Positions 36,386 through 47,984 of a DNA stretch of 64,000 nt are shown one piece after another. The DNA comes from Squalus acanthias (taxonomy: Eukaryota), in assembly GCA_030390025.1 (NCBI GenBank), contig CM059433.1, forward strand, positions 21,330,001-21,394,000, given 5' to 3'. Below the pieces are notes generated by a model. That model was not told where the DNA came from. It was given only the letters and a program-made list of their open reading frames with translations, and did not search any database. Made by a program: the position numbers and the translations under genes. How positions within the stretch are numbered: position 1 is the stretch's first letter; each line of letters starts with the position of its first letter.

Positions 36386-39300
36386 AATCTGAATGCACGC
36401 AGCATTCGTAACAAGATAGATGAGTTGACAGGCATAAATAGAAATAAATGGGTATGATCCGATTGCCATTACAGAGACGTGGTTGCAAGGTGACCAAGGC
36501 TGGGAACTGAATATTCAGGGGTATTTGACATTTTGGAAGGATAGACAGAAAGTAAAAGGAGGTGGGGTAGCTCTTTTAATAAAGGATGAGATCAGTTCAG
36601 TGGTGAGAAATGATATTGGCTCAGAATATCAAGATGTAGAATCAGTTTGGGTGGAGATAAGAAATAGTATGGGAAAGAAGTCACTGGTTGGAGTAGTCTA
36701 TAGACCCCCTAATAGTAGCTACACTGTAGGACAGCGTATAAATCAAGAAATAATGGCGGCTTGTAAGAAAGGTACTGCAATAATCATGGGCGATTTTAAT
36801 CTTCATATAGATTGGACAAATCAAATTGGCAAGGGAAGCCTTGAGGACGAGTTCATAGAATGTATTCGGGATGGTTTCTTAGAACAATACGTTGTGGAAC
36901 CAACCAGGGAGCAGGCTATTTTAGATCTGGTAATGTGTAATGAGACAGGATTAATTAATGATCTCATTGTAAAGGATCCTCTAGGGAAGAGTGATCATAG
37001 CATGATTGAAATTCAAATGCAGTTTGAGGGTGAGAAACTTGTGTCCGAAACTAGTGTCCTAAACTTAGATAAAGGCAATTACAAGGGTATGAAGACAGAG
37101 TTGGCTAAAGTGGACTGGGAAAATAGATTAAAGGGTAAGACGGTAGATAAGCAGTGGCAGACATTTAAGGAGATATTTCATAACTCTCAGTAAAGGTTTA
37201 TTCCAGTGAGAAAGAAAGACTGTACGAGAAGGTTGAACCATCTGTGGCTAACTAAGGAAGTTAAGGATGGTATCAAATTGAAGGAAAAAGCATACAATGT
37301 TGCAAAGATTACTGGTAGGCCAGAGTATTGGGAAATTTTTAGAAACCAGCAAAGGATGACTAAAAAACTAATAAAGAGGGAGAAGATAGATTATGAGAGT
37401 AAACTAGCTAAAAATATAAAAACAGACAGTAGGAGCTTCTACAGATATATAAAAAGGAAGAAAGTAGCGAAAGTAAACGTTGGTCCCTTAGAGGATGAGA
37501 CTGGGGAATTAATAATGGGAAACAGGGACTTTGAACAAATATTTTGTATCAGTCTTCACGGTAGAAGACACTAAAAGCATTCCAATAATAATTGTTAATC
37601 AAGGGGCTATAGGGAGGGAGGAACTTAAAACAATCATTATCACTAGAGAAAAAGTACTAGGCAAACTAATGGGACTAATGGCTGACAAGTCCCCTGGACC
37701 TGATGGCCTGCATCCTAGGGTTTTAAAAGAAGTGGCTGCAGAGATAGTGGATGCGTTGGTTGTAATCTACCAAAATTCCATGGATTCTGGAGAGGTCCCA
37801 GCGGATTGGAAAACCGCAAATGTAACTCCCCTATTCAAGAAAGGAGGGAGACAGAAAGCAGGAAACTATGGGAGTGATTTTGCTAATGGAGGCGAGTTGA
37901 AGGCAGGACTGCTGCTTGTCGGGTTTCAGTCCCGCCTCCATCAAGTTGTGGCCATCCCACGCTATTTTCCCTTGATTGACCTTGTTAAGCCTGCCCAGCG
38001 GGCTTAGCAGGCCAATTAAGGGAAAGCCGGTTGCAGAGCACGTCAACGTATGACGTGTCATCTGTCAAAAATTTTTGACAGATGAATTGTCATCGTTTGA
38101 CAGCTCTGTGAAGCTGTCAAACATTGACAATCTCTGCAGTTTGATGAGGTCTTGCACACAAGACCTCATCAACCTTCTTTCTTTTACAGAAATGAGATGT
38201 TTGTTGCATCTGAGAATGCAACGGCCATCTCTCATCTGCAACACGGAGGGTGCGAGACTCTCCGTATAGAAACCAACTGAAGCCTGCAGGGAGAAACAAA
38301 GGTAAGTACACTTTTAAAAACACTTAGGACTTACCTCAGATACTCACCTCTACACTCTTGCACCCATCACTTACCTTCACACCACACTTTTGCACCCCCC
38401 GACTCCCGCAGACCCAGTACTCGCCTCGGTGACGCTGGTGGGTTTTGGTGCCGTTGGGAAGCCCGCACTTGTGAGGGCAAAATCCGAATAATCCTATTTT
38501 TTGGACTGTTAACTACCTGTTAACAGGCAGTTAATAGGCTTTAATCCCTTCCCGCCTCCAAGGAGACGGGACTCGGCGCAGGACGGCAACCCGCCTCCTG
38601 GGAAGATGGCATGAAGGCAGGTTGGGGGCGGGTTTGCCCAAACTCTGCCATTTTACCAACAGTCCCGCCTCCATACCCGCCTCCTCAGGGCTGAGAAAAT
38701 CGCCCCCAATAGGCCAGTTAGATTAACATCTGTCATTGGGAAAATGCTGGAATCCATTATTAAGGAAGTAATAGCAGGACATTTAGAAAATCATAATTCA
38801 ATCAAGCCGAGTCAACATGGTTTTATGAAAGGGAAATCGTGTTTGACAAATTTACTGGAGTTCTTTGAGGATGTAACAAGCAGGGTGGATAAAGGGGAAC
38901 CAGTAGATGTAGTGTATTTTGATTTCCAGAAGGCATTCGATAGGGTGCCGCGTAAAAGGTTACTGCACAAATAAGAGCTCACGGTGTGAGGGGTAATATA
39001 TTAGACTGGATAGAGGATTGGCTAACTGACAGAAAACAGAGAGTCGGAAGAAATGGGTCATTTTCAGGTTGGCAAACTGTAACTAGTGAGGTGCCACAGG
39101 GATCAGTGCTGGGGCCTCAACTATTTACAATCTATATTAATGACTTGGATGAAGGGACCGAGTGTACTGTTGCCAAATCTGCTGAGAACACAAAGATAGG
39201 TGGGAAAGCAAGTTGTGAGGAGTACACAAAGAGTCTGCAAAGGGATGTAGATAGGTTAAGTGAGTGGGCAAAAATTTGGCAGATGGAGTATAATGTGGGA

Positions 39301-40106
39301 AAATGTGAGGTTATCCACTTTGGTAGGAAAAATAAAAAAGCAAAATATTCTTTAAATGGAGAGAGACACAGAATGCTGCGGTACAGAGGGCTCTGTCCTT
39401 GTACATGAAACACAAAAAGTTAGCATGCAGGTACAGCAAGTAATTAGGAAAGCAAATGGACTGTTGGCCTTTATTGCAAGGGGGATGGAGTATAAAAGTA
39501 GGGAAGTCTTGCTACAACTGTACAGGGCGCTGGTGAGACCACACCTGCAGTACTGCATACAGTTTTGGTCTCCTTATTTAAGGAAGGATATACTTACATT
39601 GGAGGCAGTTCAGAGAAGGTTCACTAGGTTGATTCCTGAGTTGAAGGGGTTGTCTTATAAGGAAAGATTGAGCAGGTTGGGCCTATACTCATTGGAGTTT
39701 AGAAGAATGAGATGTGATCTTATTGAAACATATAAGATTCTGAGGGCGCTTGACAGGGTAGATGCAGGGAGGATGTTTCCTCTCATGGGGGAATCTAGAA
39801 CTAGGGGGCATAGTTTCAGAATAAGGGGTCGCCCATTTAAAACGGAGATGAGGAGAAATTTCTTCTCTCTGAGGGTTGTGAATCTTTGGAATTCTCTACC
39901 CCAGAGAGCTGTGGAGGCTGAGTCGTTGAATATATTCAAGGCGGAGATAGACAGATTTTTGAAAAACACGGGAATCAAGGGTTATGGGGAGCGGGCAGGA
40001 GAGTGGAGTTGAGGCCAAGATCAGATCAGCCATGATCTTATTGAATGGTGGAGCAGGCTCGAGGGGCCGAATGCCTATTCCTGCTCCTATTTCTTATGCT
40101 CTTATG
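36386..40106 (+). mobile_element. CR1 LINE with near full-length but disabled ORF2
   Basis: Starts at LNARSIRNKIDEL (endonuclease N-terminus); ORF pieces 36483..40012 with stops and frameshifts; FADD mutated to SAEN; TTCTTATG tail; short TCTT-like TSD. Confidence 0.94.
37870..38707. mobile_element. ~0.84-kb Harbinger MITE inside CR1 ORF2
   Basis: Interrupts the NY|RPV codons; flanks TAT/AAT; reverse-complement relative of 41376-42211. Confidence 0.9.
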
Positions 40107-40774
40107 TCTTTCGGATGAGACGTTAAACCGAGGCCCCGTCTGCTCTCTCAGGTGGACGTAAAAGATTCAGTGGCACTATTTTGAAGAAGAGCAGGGGAGT
40201 TATCCCTGGCATCCTAGCCATTACTTATCCTTCAACCAACATAACAAAAACAGATTCGCTGGTCATTATCACATTGTTGTTTGTGGGACCTTGCTGTGTG
40301 CAAATTGGCAACTGTGCGTTTCCCACATTACAACAGTGACTCCACTTCAAACAAAGTACTTCATTGACTGTAAAGTGCTTTGAGACGTCCGGTGGTCATG
40401 AAAGGCGCTATATAAATGCAAGTCTTTTTTTTTAGGGTGTGGTTTTCTGAGGGTCCGATTATGGCACATTGGAATCGTTTTACTCTGCCTTTGGAACCAT
40501 GCTGTAACGGACCTGATATTGGTTGATGCCAAATATTGGTGACCTGATATTGGTGCCAAAAGTGATCATTACTCCTTTTCCACCCTCACTTTGATGCGGG
40601 TAGTAATGATAAATGAAGTGTTGATTTTGTAATGCAGATCAGAGGATCAGGCACAGAGGCCAGTGTGCCTCATTTGTGACACTCCTGTGCAAACACTTGT
40701 TTACATTTTGGAGGTTTTTCCACAGAGCGAGGAACAGCTTCGTTAGTCAGTAATGTAAAGGTCCTTTTAATTAG

Positions 40775-40975
40775 TAAAACAAAAATCCAATACTGCAGCT
40801 GCTGGAATTCGGAAATAAAAACTCCGAAAATTCTGTAAACACTCGAGAGGTCAGGCAGCATCTGCGGAAGGAAGACCAAAAGTTGGTTTCAGGTCAGAAA
40901 TTAACTTTTGCTCTTTCTTCCACAGATACTGCCTGGCCTGCTGAGTGTTTCCAATATTCCCTGTTTTTATTTCCT
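40775..40975. mobile_element. Degenerate Penelope-type inverted terminal repeat pair
   Basis: ..CTCGAGAGGTCAGGCAGCATCTGCGGAAG.. faces ..TCCACAGATACTGCCTGGCCTGCTGAGTGTTTCC..; same family as 22052-22165. Confidence 0.55.
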
Positions 40976-41019
40976 TTTAATTAGTAACTGAGTATGAGTC
41001 TTCCAAGCTGCAGATCTCT

Positions 41020-41165
41020 GTGCTGATTGGCAATGTTGTGCAAGATGCAGCACATGGCCAGCAGTTTGGAAGTGTTGGGAGGACGCTAGGGCGGGATGCC
41101 ACCCCCGGACTGTGCAAACCATAGAATCTCTGTTTGAGAAGGCCAACGGTATGCTCCGCCAGGAT
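41020..41165 (-). pseudogene. PIF/Harbinger (HARBI1-like) transposase C-terminal remnant
   Basis: Minus-strand translation AEHTVGLLKQRFYGLHSPG..(frameshift)..LLAMCCILHNIA matches the E..G.LK.RF..L..CC.LHN motif of Harbinger DDE transposases. Confidence 0.65.
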
Positions 41166-41375
41166 TGTGCATCAACTGTCCAGGACGATGGTACACACAA
41201 CAATCAATGTTTGAGCACCGTTCCTGCCCACCATTATAGACTCCACCTCAACTAACATGCATGCCCATTTAATGCAACCCTAATAAGACCTTTTTCAAAT
41301 AAATGCTCATAAGCACTTTTGAATCATGTGCCACCGTTTTATTTCCCTAATTGGAAGTGTGTCTTCCAATTCCTA

Positions 41376-42211
41376 GGGCACGATCTTGCCAGCCCTGGGG
41401 AGGCGGGTATGGAGGCAGGACTGCCGGGAAAATGGCAGAATTTGGGGGCGGGTGCTCAACCCGCCTCCGTGCCATCTTGCCAGGAGGCGGGTAGCCGACC
41501 CGCGCCGGGTCCCGTCTCCTTGGAGGCGGGAAGGGAATTAGTGCCACTTATCTGCCTGTTAACAGGTAGTTAACAGGCAGATAAGAGGATTATCCCCATT
41601 TTGCCCACACAAGTGTGGGCTTCCCGAAGGCTCCGAACCCCACCAGGGTCACCGAGGTGAGCAGTGGGTCTGCGGGGGTCTGCGGGGTGCAAAAGTGCGC
41701 TGTGAAGGTAAGTGATGGGTGCAAGTGTGGAGAGTTGAGTATGTGAGGTAAGTGGAAAGTGATAGAAAAAGTTTACTTACCTTTGTTTCTTCCTGCAGGC
41801 TTCAAGAGTTGGGTATGCGGAGAGTCTCACACCTCCGCGGCAGAGATGACAGATGGCCGCTGCATTCTCCAATGCAGCAACCATCTAATTTCTGCAAAAG
41901 AAAGAGGTTTGATGAGGTCTTGAATTCAAGAACTCATCAAACAACAGAGAATGTCAGTGCTTGACAGCTTCACAGAGCTGTCAAACGATGACAATTCATC
42001 TGTCAAAAATTTCTGACAGATGAAACGTCATACGTTGACGTTCTCTGTAACCGGCTTTCCCTTAATTGGCCTGCTCAGCCCGCTGGACGGGCTTAACAAG
42101 GTCAGTCAAGGGAAAATAGCGTGGGTTGGCCAGAAGTTGATGGAGGCGGGACTGAAACCCGACAAGTGGGAGTCCCGCCCCCAAAAGCTCCCAATTGGCA
42201 AAATCCAGTCC
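41376..42211. mobile_element. ~0.84-kb Harbinger MITE
   Basis: CTA TSD (41373-41375 / 42212-42214); collinear with 24496-25329. Confidence 0.9.
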
Positions 42212-42889
42212 CTAACCTTTCTAACTGCTGCCCCAGTAAGAAGAGTAATTTACACATATATATATATATATATTTTGTTTTAATTATAGAAATAAGTACT
42301 CTTTCCCCTCCAGGCCATGCCTGAAAGAACCACTGTAGCAGTGTGTTCCCATCTCCTTTTCCTTCCTGTTATAACTTCACCATGGAACAGAGCTAGGTAT
42401 GATCGGCTCACATCTACATGTCACAGCATCTGTTACTGGGTAATTGGAAGGACCTGTAAATTTAGTTGATTTAGTGCCGCGCTGTCCTACAAACTGTCAC
42501 TGGAAAATGCTGGAAATGCACAGCAGCTCAATTAGCATCTGAAAGAGATAGATAGGTTGATATTTTGGGTGGAAACCTTCATTAGAACTGTCAGATGGAA
42601 GAAGACCCTTTACATGAATGACAAGGATACGTCAGGAAATGGCTACAAAAATATAAAAGGGAGGGGAGAATAACAGAGTTTCAGATCTTTTAACTGCTTT
42701 CACAAACAGTGATAAATAGCATTTTTAAGCATCTTAAAGTGTCTCAAAGCATTTCATATAGTTTTTTTTTTGAAGTGCAACGCATATTGTTATATAGGCA
42801 AACAAAGAGGCAGCTCGTGAATCTAATATGCCATTAACAGATTCCAAATTTTGGAAAGAGATGTAAAGTATTAACCGCTACACGAAGAT

Positions 42890-43140
42890 CAACTCAGACA
42901 GAGGATTTTGAAAAGCAAGGATAGAAAGGTACTGGGGTGAATCAGACATAGCTCCAAAATGGAGGAGAAAAGAGCCGACTGTAAATGGTACCGACTGGGA
43001 AAATCCAGCCGGAAAACCGGGGGTGGGAGGCAGCTAAAGTCTGAAGATGTTGCAGTGGATGTACAAATCACAGGGCAGGAAAGTACTCAGGAGAACGATG
43101 AGCTATTGGTACTGAAGTTTACACATCGCTTAAAAAGATT
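42890..43140 (-). mobile_element. L2 fragment
   Basis: Minus-strand C/T-rich coding-like remnant resembling an L2 endonuclease segment (..YHLQSALFS..LCLS). Confidence 0.4.
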
Positions 43141-43553
43141 AGCGAAAAATATATTTTAATTTCTCCTGAGGCCACTGTAAGTGACAATTAAAAAAAAAGG
43201 AAGACAGGCTGTTCAAATATCTATGTACAAATAATTTAAAAATATGTTCTGTGATGTGAACAAATTAATCTTCATTGTTTATATAAGTCTGTCAGTTTGT
43301 AATGAACAAACTGCACAGCGTTACAGTCACCCTTCCACTGCAGTACACAGATGGTTAGGGATTGAAACATAATTCCCTGGTTAATGCCTTCATCACATTC
43401 ACGCCATCCTTATGTGTTTGTTCAGTTTGTTAACCATAGGACTCAAATAGGGTGAATGCAAATTAGATGTACCAATCAAACCAGGCCAGACAATATCAAT
43501 TGATTGCAAACCAATGTTGCTAAGCACTTTTTAAATTCTGAATTGGAAACTTA

Positions 43554-44430
43554 GGCCGGAATTTTGCCAGCACTCAGGGGGGCGGGTTTGGAGGCGGGAC
43601 CTCCGGCAAAATCACAAAGATTGACAGCGGGCAGGAAACCCGCTGTCAACCCGCCTCCAATCAATCTTTCCAAGTGTCGGGTCCCCGATTTGTGCATGGA
43701 CCCGACACCTAACGGCGGGAAGAGGATTATAGCCACTTAACTGCCTGTTAAAGGTTGTTAACAGGCAGTTAACTGGCTCTTTTTCAATTTTGACACTTCT
43801 ACTTCAGGCTTCCCGACATCCGGACACCACGCCAGGTAAGTGTGGCATGTTGTGAGTCTGCTGTAATGTTTCTGCATTGATGACAGCTGCAGAAGTGGTG
43901 TAACGGATCCAATGGTGCACTGGTAATTTTCAGAGGTAAGAAAATGTTGGGAAATTCATTTTTTATGTATTTAGACTTTTCTGTAGGTAACAAGTTTTGA
44001 ATTGTATGCCAAGTCCCACCTCATTGGGAGAGTCTCTCTCACCAGTGACAGATTGCTTCTGTAACCTAAACTGCAGCTGCCATCTGTTCTAGACTAAGGA
44101 GGGAGTCACTGGAGAGCCTAGGTGCAAGAGCTCACCTGTGAACAGTGATTGTCAGTGTTTGCAGCACCTCAATGCTGTCAAACACTGAAAAATCACCAGT
44201 CAAAAAAAAATTGTGCATGCTCCCTTTAAGAAAACCGGCAGATGACGCATCATCAAATGACGTCATCTGACCGGCTTCATCTTAATTGGCCGGCAAGCCC
44301 GCAGGGTGGGCTTAATAAGGCCAATTAACGTAAAATCACGGCTGTGGGCCGGATGTAGTTGGGGGCGGGACTGGAACCCGGAAGCCACCTGACCCGCTCC
44401 CAAGCCGCATCGATCGAAAAAATCGCGGCC
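43554..44430. mobile_element. ~0.88-kb Harbinger MITE
   Basis: TTA TSD; TIR GGCCGGAATTTT / AAAATCGCGGCC; reverse-complement relative of 10035-10901. Confidence 0.9.
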
Positions 44431-44539
44431 TTAAAGTTTCAGACCTGCCTTGATACATGGGAGGCAATTAATTCCTTCCTAAATTTAACATATATTATCT
44501 TTACTCTCCCCTCTCCACCCACCCCACACCCTCCCCACC

Positions 44540-45150
44540 CACCCCGCTCCCTCGGCCACTATTTTTCTTTCCTCATTGCTCAGTCGATTAGAGTTCTGTT
44601 CGGGTACATAGCCATTGATGTTGGCAGTCTAAATCCTTGACCAAATGGCCAGTTTTCATGTGTGAATCTAGACATTGAGGGGTAGATTCTCAACTTGCTG
44701 GCTGGGTGCAAAACTGGTGTGGATCGGCTGCCCGTTATAGAAATCGCCTGATTTTACTTACCATTCATTTCAATGGAAATGAAGATTGGACATTTTATAT
44801 AACAGGTGGCTGATCAGTTAACAGCAGTTTTATGCCCGGGCGGCAAGTTGACAATATTCCCGAGTTTCCACAGGCTATTTCACTGTACGTGGGGGAGCAT
44901 GAAGCCAAGCCTGATTATAGCTTCACCTCATGTCCTCATGTCTTCCAGCATGGGTCAAGGAACAGTCTTCGGGAGCAGAAACCTTGGTGGATTTTTTTCC
45001 CCTCACTCTCTAGCGCAGAGGCACTGAGGGCAAGTGTACTGTTCCGACCACTTCCTTATCTGAGATCAACTAACTGAGAGCAGTCTTGGACTGAATCTGG
45101 GATGTTCCTAGTCAAAACAGCCTAGTACCACATAGAACATTGCACTTGTC
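44540..45150 (-). mobile_element. AmnSINE2-like SINE interrupted by a MITE
   Basis: Collinear with 26275-26660 after removing 44680-44861. Confidence 0.55.
44680..44861. mobile_element. 182-bp fold-back MITE
   Basis: GAG TSD; arms TCAACTTGC..GTTATAGAAAT / ATTTTATATAAC..GCAAGTTGA around a central CCATT..AATGG. Confidence 0.75.
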
Positions 45151-45877
45151 TACAAAAACATCAAGCTGGCCTTGATATCCACTTTCAGAAAACTAATTGT
45201 ACTCTGTCACCACTTGTATCACTTTAATATTATATTTGTAAGATTGATCGGTTTCTGTAGAAAAAAACTCCCCTGTACTCTAATGTATGGAATTCATGTG
45301 TAGATATGAGTAAATAGTGTTCTCAATGATCCCTCTGGCCAATGGGTAGTATTGCACTGGTTTATCAATTGTTGTTGTGGAACTCTGTAACATTACACTT
45401 CAGTTCGGAGTATGGACTTGAGACAGCCTCGATCTGAGAGGCTTTGATCTCGTCTGAAGGAGTTGAGAGATGCAGCCTCAAAGCAGACATTTACGATAAC
45501 ATTCTCATCCTTTGATTTTTTTCCCCTCCCCAACAAAATATTAAAAAATCTGATAAGACATTCCCCGAAAACAGCTGCAGCAGATAATACTGTCTAAGTA
45601 GTCCATTTCTTGAAAGAAAGTTGCCATGGAAACTGGATGAATTCCGGCTGAGTGTACATTCCTGGGAATTCTTAGTACAGATGTATTTCCACCTCAGCAA
45701 AGTACCACAGAGAGATATAAAGAAATAAACATTCTTATAGTGATTAGAATGAAATTTGTCGCTCCAGGCTGGTAAAAAAATATTTTGCAATAATTATTGC
45801 AATTCAAATCCTAACCCATTTTGAATTCCAGCTGAACAGAATGTGGCCTGTACAGATTCAGTTTCATTCTACTATAA

Positions 45878-46346
45878 AGAAAGAAAGACTTGCATTTATA
45901 TAGCGCCTTTCATGACCATCGGATGTCTGAAAGCGTTTTATAGCCAATGAAGTATTTTTGAAGTGAAGTCACTGTTGTAATGTGGGAAACACGGCCGCCA
46001 ACTTGCACACAGCAAGGTCCCACAAACAGCAATGTGATAATGACCCGATAATCTGTTTTTGTTATGTTGGTTGAGGGATAAATATTGGCCAGGACACCGG
46101 GGATAACTCCCCTGCTCTTCTTCGAAATAGTGCCATGGGATCCTTTACGTCCACCTGAGAGAGCAGACGGGGCCTCGGTTTAACATCTCATCCGAAAGAC
46201 GGCACCTCTGACAGTGCAGCATTCCCTCAGCACTGCACTGGAGTGTCAGCCTAGCTTTATGTGCTCAGGTTGCATGGAGTGGGACTTGAACCCACAACCT
46301 TCTGACTCAGAGGCGAGTGTGCTACCCACTGAGCCACAGCTGACAC
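45878..46346 (-). mobile_element. Full-length SacSINE1/DeuSINE-like SINE
   Basis: A box TGGCTCAGTGG, B box GGTTCAAGTCC, Deu-type core, L2-like tail ending ATGCAAG(TCTT)n. Confidence 0.9.
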
Positions 46347-46496
46347 TATATTGAGAAAAAGAACCTGAATAAAAATATTTAAAGCAATTATTAAAGGGAA
46401 CCTCTGATTCTCAGAACTTCCTGTACAACAGCAGATGGCGCGAAACCACGAGCAAAGCTACTTAGCTACAGGGTACCCAACCTTCAGAAAGGTAAA

Positions 46497-47810
46497 TACA
46501 GTGCCACACAAAAGATTATTGCTTAAGGTAAAAAATCACGGGATTGGGGGTAATATTCTGGCATGGATAGAGGATTGGCTATCTAACAGAAAGCAAAGAG
46601 TTGGGATAAATGGTTCATTCTCAGACTGGCAATCAGTAACTAGTGGTGTTCCACAGGGGTCAGTGCTGGGTCCCCAACTCTTCACAATCTATATTAACGA
46701 TTTGGAGGAAGGGACCAAGTGTAACATATCAAAATTTGCAGATGATACAAAGATGGGAGGGAAAGTAGTGAGTGAGGAGGACATAAAAAACCTGCAAGGG
46801 GACATAGACAGGCTAAGTAAGTGGGCAGAGATTTGGCAGATGGAATACAACACTGGAAAGTGTGAGGTGATGCACTTTGGCAGGAAAAATCCTAGAGCTA
46901 TTTATTATCTTAATGGCAAGAAACTGGAGAGTACTGAAGTGCAAAGGGATCTGGGGGTCCTGGTGCACGAAACTCAAAAGGTTAGTATGCAGGTGCAGCA
47001 AGTGATTAAGAAGGCAAATGGAATGTTGGCTTTCATTGCTAGGGGGATAGAATATAAAAATAGGGAGGTATTGCTTCAGTTGTACAAGGTATTGGTGAGA
47101 CCGCACCTGGAATACTGCATACAGTTTTGGTGTCCTTACTTAAGGAAAGACATCCTTGCTCTCGAGGCAGTGCAAAAAAGGTTCACTCGGTTAATCCCGG
47201 GGATGAGGGGGTGGTCATATGAGGAGAGGTTGGGTAGATTGGGACTCTACTCATTGGAGTTCAGAAGAATGAGAGGCGATCTTATTGAAACATATAAGAT
47301 TGTGAAGGGGTTGGATCGGGTGGATGCGGGGAGGATGTTCCCGATGACGGGTGAGACGAGAACTAGGGGACATAGTCTTAGAATAAGGGGCTGCTCTTTC
47401 AAAACTGAGATGAGGAGGAACTACTTCACTCAGAGGGTGGTAGGTCCATGGAATATGCTGCCACAAAAAGCTGTAGAAGCTACAACATTAATTAAATTTA
47501 AAACAGAAATAGAGAGTTTCCTAGAAGTAAAGGGCATTAAGGGTTACGGGGAGCGGGCAGGAATTTGGACATGAGTCTAGGTTCGGATCGGTCATGGCCC
47601 TGTGGGTAGTGGAGCGGGCCCAGGGACTGTGTAGCCTGATTCTGCTCCTATTTCGTGTGTGCAATTCTGTTAGATGCAGGAGATGGTTCTGTGATAGATA
47701 GTAGATTGGCGGTTAGGATCAGATCAGCCATGATCTTATTGAATGGCGGAGCAGGCTCGAGGGGCCGATTGGCCTACTCCTGCTCCTATTTCTTATGTTC
47801 TTATGTTCTT
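46497..47810 (+). mobile_element. Young 5'-truncated CR1 (same subfamily as 18032-20708)
   Basis: ORF 46435..47574 is uninterrupted from VPHKRLL through FADD to the C-terminus; same extended 3' UTR; TTCTTATG tail. Confidence 0.94.
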
Positions 47811-47984
47811 AATATTTGTGGACAGCATGTGATCAAGCCTCCAGGGATACACCAACCAGAGTTGGCAATCCTAGGTTTCCATCGAAGTTACTGTGGCTAA
47901 TCGGGAGAACTCCTGAGGAAATTCCTGACATGGTGTTTCAATCAGTTTTCTAAGAGAGATGAAGACTTTTTAAAAAAAAAAGTC

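Larger units (their letters stand above)
36242..40427 (+). mobile_element. SacSINE1/DeuSINE-like SINE split by a CR1 (head 36242-36385, body and tail 40107-40427)
   Basis: A box TGGCTCAGTGG and B-box-like GGTTCACGTGCC; core GATGAGACGTTAAACCGAGGCCCC; L2-like tail GGCGCTATATAAATGCAAG; halves match the intact copy at 45878-46346. Confidence 0.88.

Noticed and set aside
46270..46346. tRNA gene (A and B boxes; also 36242-36320)
   Set aside because: Continues directly into SINE core and tail; it is a tRNA-derived SINE head
46435..46496. N-terminal MARNHEQ.. extension fused to CR1 RT as a domesticated gene
   Set aside because: Chance in-frame ATG in flanking DNA of a young truncated copy; RT lacks its N-terminal motifs
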